This document shows positions 25,901 to 32,034 of a DNA stretch of 64,000 nucleotides, piece by piece. The notes under the pieces are model-generated. The model did no database searches, was not told the DNA's origin, and saw only the letters and a program-made list of their open reading frames with translations. A program made the translations under genes and the position numbers. The DNA comes from a virus: IMG/VR virus record IMGVR_UViG_3300027575_000001, positions 1 through 64,000 of that record. The stretch is one strand, 5' to 3'. Every line of letters begins with the position of its first letter. Within the stretch, counting starts at the first letter, position 1.

Positions 25901-27530
25901 GTTCTCAAACAGCGGCGGCGGATCGGTGCCGGTAGTCTACGGCAACATCGACACCACGGGAAACAATGGGGGCGTCACCGCGATCTCCGGCTCATGCAAT
26001 GGAGTGATAAATATCGGGAACGCGATCTATGAGAATTGCGCCGTGCTTAGCGGCACCGGCACCGTCACGACCACCGGCTCACCGGCCAACCCGCAGCTTG
26101 CATGTTTCTCTGGTTCGACCTCAATCACCAATTGCGCGACTGCTTATGCGACAGTTGCTCAACTGCCGTCCTCCATATCTGCTGGGTCGCATCAATTTCT
26201 GACCAGTTACACGGCTTCGACGGAGACCTTCACGCAAGCGCAGCCGCTATGCGGAGACCTGTCTGCGAGCTCAACGACCGGCACAGCGTCATCGTCCACT
26301 TTTTGCCGAGGCGATGGACAATGGGCAACACCGAGCGGCGGGGGCACAACCACCAATGCTCTGACCATGAACAATGGCGGCTCTGGTGCTGCATCGGGCA
26401 CCACCTTCAACGGCAGCGCAGCCGTGACTGTCAGCTACAACACTCTAGGAGCAGGAGGTCTAGCAGCCTCTAATTCGTGGTCGGGCAACCAACTTTTTTC
26501 TGCCACTGTAACAATGGGACAATTGGGCATCGCAACGTCTGGAGGCAACTTCTCTTCCAATATTTTTTACTGGCAGGGCGACTATTGGAACGGCAGCGCC
26601 CCGGTGAACGATAACTGGTCCATGCAAAATGTGCTCGCTGCCACAGGAAGCAGCCCGACATCGACCCTTACCTTTGTCCATGGCGGAAGCAGTGGTATCG
26701 CGTCAGTGTCGATCCCCTACCCCACTGCGGTTGGAAACGGCTCAACTGCAACCACGCAGACGACTGGCGACAATACGACCAAGATCGCTACGGATGCCTT
26801 CGTGATCGCCAATGCAGGTGCCGGAGTAACCAGCGTTGCGCTGAGCAGCGCGACCGGAAATCTATTCAGCACCACGCCGGGAACCCCCGTTACCGCCTCT
26901 GGGACTCTCGATCCTGACGCTCAACTCAAGACGCAATCTGCGAACTGTGTTGTGGCCGGACCATCAAGCGGATCGGCGGCGGTTCCGACTTGCCGCACTC
27001 AGGTTACGGCCGATCTTCCCGTTGGCACCGTCGTATCGAGCACACCCGCAGTGGGGTCAAGCGACACGCTTAACTGCTCGACTGGCACCGGCGTGCAGAC
27101 CTTCGCTACTACGATCACGAGGCCAGCCTTCACGCAGGTAGCCGGTGCCATGTGGAAGTTAATTGTCACGTTGGCAATCACCACGAGCGGAACGCCCCCG
27201 ACGTTTCTTTTCGAGGTTGAAGATGGGAGCAATGTTGTCTATTCAACTGCCGCAGGAACTTTTACAGTCACGTCCGCCACCAACCTTGTATCTTCCGGGG
27301 AGATCAACCAGACAATAGCGGTCACGGGTTCATCGACGACTATGTATTCGGGTCTGACGGGTTTATTTCCCGGCGTGTCCAGCGCAGCGAATGTGCAAAA
27401 CCGGAGCCCGGTTCTGAGTAGCTTTAACTCGACAGCGTCCGCGACTGAATCTGTGCTTTTCCAATGCGGAACGGCTACGGGGGGCAATAGCGCGACTTTG
27501 ATTGATCTTGAGTACGTGAAGATTCGGTGA
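22935..27530 (+). CDS. tail fibre/tailspike-like depolymerase: signal-peptide-like N-terminus, SGNH/GDSL esterase and pectate-lyase-like beta-helix
   Basis: N-terminal MKRAICTAICLFILSCATFCAQ. SGNH blocks VCMPGDSTFFG, ESGINDWN and DGGLHPN. The motif WWGHCDGTTDDHAALGNAL is typical of the Pectate_lyase_3/tailspike N-cap. The C-terminal half is Gly/Ser/Thr-rich. Confidence 0.7.
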   Translation: MKRAICTAICLFILSCATFCAQTPTPIPVTGNLSSILGNGQAYAGVSIQLLNCPSPVSIPGYSVIVQQGYQVQANPSGVVNTTVWSNDLINCNGTQGNSEYQLSYVANGAVQGTPQCYQVVSTQTWNLNTQSPIACTGSAPNPYGVSQIIAGSGVTISPTTGKGNVVINLTGGGGMIYPGAGIPNSSGSSWLTSYGVNGSGNVVLTTSPTLVTPTANTYNATTGYDINGTPFGTANLADWTNAGVVNGDCAVWNSGTSKWTPGSCGGSGTITLTGDVTGSGTGTIATSVVKVNGAAVPSSQGLVGTNGSGQIVAAGVPATNFKHWFTALGNTIAGISDTRVCMPGDSTFFGAYALPTAPSTSWATYGPDAQLANVFQSQYHILAQAASRFGSGSSVSISPSLLGDDPRFSVASQWTADTTTPVPGGYAMEATSAGDMAFTPVENIDTFTIHFLTGSGWGTFAAHIDGGSSTTQSTNGSPGIGTLVLTAGSVGVHTLHLTWSSGGVVKWWGAEGRDSTTHHVIFEQIGNSGATSANFSDTSNVWGAGESLPWSTLACDLVVQESGINDWNTSVPVATYKTNMQTTVTAQLAAGADVAEVSGNPSDTSQTGVTVATQLTYVTALQQVAAANSNAGLSTPLPFINNWQMFAGPVEAANYGYGYAQSFGQMAGIDGGLHPNLYGYYSSSVSIASGILTNPSTTNYQLQTFASNPYWKTGSSNVEVYFTDPPWWGHCDGTTDDHAALGNALYFYSSAFPSQTPGAFAVNLPYSYSSSQRTCLITGAVGVFGNNTLKGNGSIISYSGTGAALSVTGLQSSGSGQSIMRAKVQDLKVVLTAASGSVTGISATGNFQLDNVTVATNATPTSYTSLSVTDASAPPNGSVTNSSFDGPVSIDGSAGNGPDTQASLNFLNDKVGSGSTTMPSGNTSMVTVTNWRGGILNLNFPWMYNAWFPSSSTFFKITNTAATDFGSSAAININATPISDGGTPTLLTFSNSGGGSVPVVYGNIDTTGNNGGVTAISGSCNGVINIGNAIYENCAVLSGTGTVTTTGSPANPQLACFSGSTSITNCATAYATVAQLPSSISAGSHQFLTSYTASTETFTQAQPLCGDLSASSTTGTASSSTFCRGDGQWATPSGGGTTTNALTMNNGGSGAASGTTFNGSAAVTVSYNTLGAGGLAASNSWSGNQLFSATVTMGQLGIATSGGNFSSNIFYWQGDYWNGSAPVNDNWSMQNVLAATGSSPTSTLTFVHGGSSGIASVSIPYPTAVGNGSTATTQTTGDNTTKIATDAFVIANAGAGVTSVALSSATGNLFSTTPGTPVTASGTLDPDAQLKTQSANCVVAGPSSGSAAVPTCRTQVTADLPVGTVVSSTPAVGSSDTLNCSTGTGVQTFATTITRPAFTQVAGAMWKLIVTLAITTSGTPPTFLFEVEDGSNVVYSTAAGTFTVTSATNLVSSGEINQTIAVTGSSTTMYSGLTGLFPGVSSAANVQNRSPVLSSFNSTASATESVLFQCGTATGGNSATLIDLEYVKIR

Positions 27531-27554
27531 TCGCAATCTGGAGCTACTGAGCGC

Positions 27555-27809
27555 ATGACGGACACCAACACCGGAATATTGATTGTGACGATTGGCAGCG
27601 TGATCTCTACCATTGGCGCGATCATCATCGCCAAGCTAAACCAGATCGGTAAAACCGTCGACGGGAACTTCAAAAAGGTAACTGAAGAGTTGGAAACTGC
27701 CACCGAAGCACTCTTGACGCTCACCAGAAAATCGAGTCACGCTGAGGGCATGAAGGATCAGAAGGACGAGCACGCCGTAGTCGAGAAGAAAAAGCACCAC
27801 ACGTCGTAA
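27555..27809 (+). CDS. small type-II membrane protein (N-terminal TM plus charged helix), holin or spanin-like candidate
   Basis: GILIVTIGSVISTIGAIIIAKL followed by a coiled-coil-like tail. Confidence 0.45.
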   Translation: MTDTNTGILIVTIGSVISTIGAIIIAKLNQIGKTVDGNFKKVTEELETATEALLTLTRKSSHAEGMKDQKDEHAVVEKKKHHTS

Positions 27810-27873
27810 CCGCCTGAGCCAGTAATAGGCAAACCCGCAAGGGGAGGCGGAATCAAATTCAGGGAAGGGTACG

Positions 27874-28185
27874 ATGACCGAGTTTATATCTGAGAGGGCT
27901 GCTGTGCGCGTTCTTGAAGATTGGCGAGGGTCTCACGTTGACCCGACCTTGAAGAGGCACGGGGAGCAAATTGGTGACCTGCTCAAGTTCCGCGATGCCA
28001 CTGAGGGAAAGTTCGCCGTCATCATGTGGGTGACCGGCATCACAATGACGCTGGTGATCGGCCTGATTATTGGGCTTTTCGGATGGGCGCTGACGCATGT
28101 AACATTCACGGTAAAGACGGAGCCGATGGCACACAGCCAGTCAGCCCCGGTTCAAACCACAAACGACTTTGGCAGCAACCCATAG
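27874..28185 (+). CDS. membrane protein (single TM near aa 55-80)
   Basis: 103-aa ORF with FAVIMWVTGITMTLVIGLIIGLFGWAL. Confidence 0.5.
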   Translation: MTEFISERAAVRVLEDWRGSHVDPTLKRHGEQIGDLLKFRDATEGKFAVIMWVTGITMTLVIGLIIGLFGWALTHVTFTVKTEPMAHSQSAPVQTTNDFGSNP

Positions 28186-28195
28186 GAGGTAACAC

Positions 28196-28309
28196 ATGGC
28201 AAACGACGACAGCCCCAACGGACCAGGAGCGCCCGGCGCACCACCCGAATCACCCGGCAACCCGCAACCGGCAGGACCAGGCAACGAGCCGCCGCCGGAG
28301 CCAGCTTAG
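28196..28309 (+). CDS. 37-aa Pro/Gly-rich micro-protein (not in the ORF track)
   Basis: Strong AGGAGG RBS 8 nt upstream. Translates MANDDSPNGPGAPGAPPESPGNPQPAGPGNEPPPEPA. Confidence 0.35.
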   Translation: MANDDSPNGPGAPGAPPESPGNPQPAGPGNEPPPEPA

Positions 28310-28317
28310 ATCTCCAG

Positions 28318-28521
28318 ATGCCTACAAAGCCCAAGCCGACAGTTCCGCTTTGCTCGGTTCTGCGTAGGATCGGCTCAGCATTTCCGGTCTGCAAGCTGCA
28401 CGGTTGCCGCCTGCATATCGAGACAGTCGAGTTCGAGGGCAACAGGACTGAGGTCTACAAATGCTCGGCTTCAAATCAAATACTCAACGAAAGTCCGCCG
28501 AAAATCGGAGATAAGAGTTAA
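28318..28521 (+). CDS. hypothetical protein
   Basis: 67-aa ORF. Confidence 0.3.
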   Translation: MPTKPKPTVPLCSVLRRIGSAFPVCKLHGCRLHIETVEFEGNRTEVYKCSASNQILNESPPKIGDKS

Positions 28522-28662
28522 ACTTGGTGTGTTGCGCGGGACGCGGGTTTCACCGAACCTTGGCCCGTTGTCTTTCGGCGACGGGAAGCGAGCATGAACA
28601 CCCAAGGAGCCGCGACCGCCTAGAGCGTGATTATGTGACCCGCGCAACGTGAAAGGGAACCG

Positions 28663-29052
28663 ATGAACGAAACGGCTTTGAGCGCACAAATCACGGTAGC
28701 AGTGGTATCGACCTACGCGCTCCAACTGCTCAAGCAGAGCCGATTCTTCCCGTGGCTCACCGTCGAATCGCAGACCTTGAATCGCATTGCTGGCAGCGTG
28801 ATCGCGTTCCTGACCTCCGTGGGCATCTTGGTGACATTCAACCACGCTGCCGGTATCTTGACCATCTCCGGCCTTACCGTTGCCAACCTACTGCACGCCG
28901 GTTCGCACTTTGTTGAGCAGTGGGCCATGCAGCAGGTAGCGTACAAGGGGATCGTGGCGCCGCCGATGCCGGGAGCTATGCAGGCAGCAGCGGCCGAACA
29001 TCCCCCGGTGCTGGCAATCGAACCTCAACCCATTACATCCAAGGAGAATTAG
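28663..29052 (+). CDS. multi-TM membrane protein, holin candidate
   Basis: 129 aa with 2-3 hydrophobic helices, upstream of the endolysin. Confidence 0.45.
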   Translation: MNETALSAQITVAVVSTYALQLLKQSRFFPWLTVESQTLNRIAGSVIAFLTSVGILVTFNHAAGILTISGLTVANLLHAGSHFVEQWAMQQVAYKGIVAPPMPGAMQAAAAEHPPVLAIEPQPITSKEN

Positions 29053-29054
29053 AA

Positions 29055-29585
29055 ATGTGCCAAAACGCAGTTAAGACCGCAGGCGACCTGATGGCCGCTA
29101 TTGAACCCACCCTCAAGTCTCTACTCACAGAGACGGGCCTCATCAACACGCCCGCAGCGCAGACGGCACTTACCGAGTACAACGCGGCCTTGACGGCCAT
29201 TCAGAACTGGCAGAGTGGTACGCCGTCCCAGGATGCTATTGAAGCCATTGGAATCTTCCAAGAGGCACTTGCCGCGCTTCCGATCCCCACCCTGTACACC
29301 ACGCTCGCCAATATCGTCCTCGCGGGCATCGCAACGGTGATCGGCGTCATGACGGCCAACTCGCCCGCGCCAGCCGTTCCCGCTTCCGTCACGGATGGGG
29401 ATGTGGCTCCTGAGGAGATGCAGGCGACTTACCAGGCGCACGTCATCGCCGACACCACAACCAAGGTGCAGGCTCTCGTTCCGGGCTTTCACCGGAGCAT
29501 CTGGCACACCGCAGCGACCCAGTACAAGAACGCATGGAACGGCGCGGTGGACGCTGGCAAGTTCCCGGCGACGATGAAGGTTTAA
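29055..29585 (+). CDS. membrane-anchored hypothetical protein
   Basis: ATG at 29055 behind AAGGAG. One central TM (LANIVLAGIATVIGVMTA). Confidence 0.5.
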   Translation: MCQNAVKTAGDLMAAIEPTLKSLLTETGLINTPAAQTALTEYNAALTAIQNWQSGTPSQDAIEAIGIFQEALAALPIPTLYTTLANIVLAGIATVIGVMTANSPAPAVPASVTDGDVAPEEMQATYQAHVIADTTTKVQALVPGFHRSIWHTAATQYKNAWNGAVDAGKFPATMKV

Positions 29586-29588
29586 TCG

Positions 29589-29849
29589 ATGGCCACGGGC
29601 GGCCCAAAGGAAGGCAGGCCACAACGCGGCGGCTCCATGTGCTTCGCGGAAATCGCCCGCATTATCGGCGTCTCGGAGCGGTCAGTCTATGGTAATTACA
29701 GGAAGATTGCCGACAAGGTTCGCGGGGCTTCTCCTGCTTGGATTGCTGACTGGCTGCAACACGGTGCCGATAACGCCCGCGCCGCCGCCCGTCGCTCCGG
29801 TGCTCGATCCGGCGATCCCGACCGCAGCAGTCCCGACCAGCGTATTTAG
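29589..29849 (+). CDS. ORF with an N-terminal HTH-like segment; the C-terminal two-thirds overlap the lipoprotein gene out of frame (extent doubtful)
   Basis: CFAEIARIIGVSERSVYGNYRKI looks like a sigma-region-4/LuxR-type HTH. The remainder is Arg/Ala/Ser-rich, like an off-frame read. Confidence 0.25.
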   Translation: MATGGPKEGRPQRGGSMCFAEIARIIGVSERSVYGNYRKIADKVRGASPAWIADWLQHGADNARAAARRSGARSGDPDRSSPDQRI

Positions 29850-29928
29850 TTCCCAGGCTAGCTTTCTGATCGCGCTGTGCGAGCAAGTCAATGGCGTGGA
29901 GTACCTGTGCTGGGCACCGCCGCAGTGA
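29689..29928 (+). CDS. Pro-rich lipoprotein, o-spanin-like candidate
   Basis: MVITGRLPTRFAGLLLLGLLTGC carries a lipobox LTGC. GGAG lies 9 nt upstream. The mature part is Pro-rich and sits next to the endolysin. Confidence 0.5.
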   Translation: MVITGRLPTRFAGLLLLGLLTGCNTVPITPAPPPVAPVLDPAIPTAAVPTSVFSSQASFLIALCEQVNGVEYLCWAPPQ

Positions 29929-29935
29929 GGAGACT

Positions 29936-30409
29936 ATGACCATCGCACCATCACTTGCGGCGTTTTTGGATCTGATCGCGTTCTCGGAAGGAACCATTGC
30001 GGGCCTGGATAACGGCTACGGCGTCATCGTATCCGGCGTGGACGGCCCACACACCTTCACGGACTACTCGACGCATCCATTCGCCGACGGTCGGCCTCCG
30101 ATAGTGGTCAATCACGAGGGGCTTGAATCGACGGCGAGCGGACGCTACCAGCAAATCCTCCACAACTGGACGGTCTATAAGGTGCAGTTGAACCTCGCCG
30201 ACTTCGGCCACGCCTCGCAGGACGCAATGGCGATTCAACTCATCAAGGAGTGCAACGCGATTAACCTGATTGCGGATGGGAACATCGCGGGAGCGATCAC
30301 GGCCTGTGCGAGTCGATGGGCGAGTTTCCCCGGAGACTACAGCCAAGGGAACGGCCCACGCACCATGGGCGAGCTTTTACAAAAGTACGAGGAACTCAAT
30401 ACGGGATGA
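29936..30409 (+). CDS. endolysin, lambda R-type lytic transglycosylase
   Basis: FLDLIAFSEGT...GYGVIVSG..FTDYSTHP...STASGRYQ...DFGHASQDAMAIQLI...RWASFPG aligns by eye with lambda R (FLDMLAWSEGT...STGAGRYQ...WASLPG). GGAG RBS. Confidence 0.88.
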   Translation: MTIAPSLAAFLDLIAFSEGTIAGLDNGYGVIVSGVDGPHTFTDYSTHPFADGRPPIVVNHEGLESTASGRYQQILHNWTVYKVQLNLADFGHASQDAMAIQLIKECNAINLIADGNIAGAITACASRWASFPGDYSQGNGPRTMGELLQKYEELNTG

Positions 30410-30444
30410 GGAAAGGAGGTCGCGGACAGCCGCCAGAGCAAGAG

Positions 30445-30474
30445 AACCAGTCCTTCGGGACTGGTTTTCTTTTG
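30445..30474 (+). terminator. rho-independent terminator after the endolysin
   Basis: AACCAGTCC-TTCG-GGACTGGTT followed by TTCTTTTG. Confidence 0.8.
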
Positions 30475-30486
30475 CTCGATCCGCAC

Positions 30487-30496
30487 GTGTTACTCT
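30487..30496 (+). promoter_or_regulatory. late-gene decamer GTGTTACTCT (copy 2 of 6)
   Basis: Immediately after the terminator and 24 nt before the ATG at 30521. Confidence 0.45.
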
Positions 30497-30520
30497 TTGA
30501 ATCGTTGGCGGAGTGATGTG

Positions 30521-30715
30521 ATGCCACTTCTCAAAGGTCCCGGTCGCGTTGGCGACAACATTCGCGAATTCCGTCAAGGCCCTAAATTTGCCCATACCGA
30601 GAATAAATTGGGCAAGAAGCGTGCCGAGGAGCAGGCGGTCGCAGTTGCTCTGCATAAGCAGGATCAATCCAATGAGCGCGAGTACATGAAAGCAGCGAAA
30701 AGCGGGAGGAAGTAG
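30521..30715 (+). CDS. small basic conserved hypothetical protein
   Basis: MPLLKGPGRVGDNIREF...GKKRAEEQAVAVAL, with a GGAG RBS. Confidence 0.55.
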   Translation: MPLLKGPGRVGDNIREFRQGPKFAHTENKLGKKRAEEQAVAVALHKQDQSNEREYMKAAKSGRK

Positions 30716-31219
30716 ATGGCCGTTCTATCAGCAGCAGACCGTCGCGCGATGCCAGCCAAGGAGTTCGCAGGACCCAGAAGGAGTTTCCCGGTCGGCGATT
30801 CCACCCACGCTCGCCTTGCGATCAGCGGTGCCACTCGCTCTGAGCGCGCTGGCAACATCTCATCCAGCGAAGAGGCAAGCATTAAGGCCAAAGCTCGCGC
30901 CAGGTTGGGAGACAAAGGTGGCAGCAAAGAGGCCCCGGCGCACGGCGATTGTCCTGGCGGCGCGGCGTGCAAAGCGGCTGTCGATAAACTGCATCCTGGT
31001 CACGCGCACAGGATGATGGAGCATGCCGCGAGCGGCAAAGCCGGTCCCGAAATGCAGAAGATGGCACAACAAGCCATGCAAAGTCCTGCGGGGCCCGATG
31101 AGAGCGAAGCGCCGGCCGCGCCGCAGCGCCCATCCATGTTCTCTGGCGAATCGGACGGAGATGAGCAGGCGTCATCGGCCCCGCGTTCGACGGGCAGCAT
31201 GTTTTCGGGAGGTCAGTAA
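30716..31219 (+). CDS. hypothetical protein
   Basis: 167-aa ORF. Confidence 0.55.
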   Translation: MAVLSAADRRAMPAKEFAGPRRSFPVGDSTHARLAISGATRSERAGNISSSEEASIKAKARARLGDKGGSKEAPAHGDCPGGAACKAAVDKLHPGHAHRMMEHAASGKAGPEMQKMAQQAMQSPAGPDESEAPAAPQRPSMFSGESDGDEQASSAPRSTGSMFSGGQ

Positions 31220-31223
31220 CGCC

Positions 31224-31562
31224 ATGGCATTTGGACCCCTAGTTCAGGCCGTGCAAGCTGTCACGAGCGCTGCGCAAGTCAATCTCATAGCGAAGGCTTT
31301 CGCTAGCTATGTAGAGATCGCAGAGGACGCTTCTGGATCCGCCGCAGGACTCAAAGTGACTTGGTCGAATGGAAATGTCTCTGAATACAGCCCATCTCAG
31401 CAACCCATCACCATCGGCAGCAAAGAGCATATCGGCCGCGGTCCTTTAGTTGGAACGCCAGCCAACTACAACGGCGCCACTCCGGCTGCTCCAGCGACCC
31501 TCTACTGTCAGGTGGAGTCTCTTGGCGCCGCAACCGCTGTCAGAGTGTCGGAGTGGCCATAG
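31224..31562 (+). CDS. hypothetical protein
   Basis: ATG at 31224 behind GGGAGG. Confidence 0.5.
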   Translation: MAFGPLVQAVQAVTSAAQVNLIAKAFASYVEIAEDASGSAAGLKVTWSNGNVSEYSPSQQPITIGSKEHIGRGPLVGTPANYNGATPAAPATLYCQVESLGAATAVRVSEWP

Positions 31563-31563
31563 G

Positions 31564-32034
31564 ATGAGATGGCTCTGGATCAGCCGCGAGCACCATCGGG
31601 AAGTCATCGCGGCCAAGGATGCTCTGATTGCCTCGCTCGAGGCGCAGAACGCCATCCTCGGCAAACGGCTGGCCGAGCCCGTCGCAATTACGGTGCAGAT
31701 GCCTGAAAATTTCGCCCTTCTCCAGCCAGCCATCGTGCGACGCAAGAAAGAGCCAGTCGCAGGAACCGAACCCGCCAAAGTTCCCGTTGAAGTCGATTGG
31801 GCGAACGTCGATCCCGATAATCCCTTCGTCATGGCGCAATTAGCAGCGCAAGAATATGGGCGCATGGTGAGTCCTATCGAACTCGCGGAATGGACCGCGC
31901 GCGTCCGACGCCAGATCAGAGCGGCCAAAGAACAGGGCATCAGGACACCGCAGATTCCCCAAGCTGGAACGCTTGAAACGAAGCCGGTCCCCCCCCACAT
32001 CACAGAGATGATTGAGAGAGCGGAGGCGGTGTAA
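31564..32034 (+). CDS. hypothetical protein
   Basis: ATG at 31564. The stop shares 1 nt with the next ATG. Confidence 0.5.
   Translation: MRWLWISREHHREVIAAKDALIASLEAQNAILGKRLAEPVAITVQMPENFALLQPAIVRRKKEPVAGTEPAKVPVEVDWANVDPDNPFVMAQLAAQEYGRMVSPIELAEWTARVRRQIRAAKEQGIRTPQIPQAGTLETKPVPPHITEMIERAEAV

Noticed and set aside
22935-27530. A possible diversity-generating retroelement targeting the large tail-fibre gene.
   Set aside because: No reverse transcriptase (no YxDD-containing ORF) occurs anywhere in the window. I saw no template/variable repeat pair near the 3' end of the gene.
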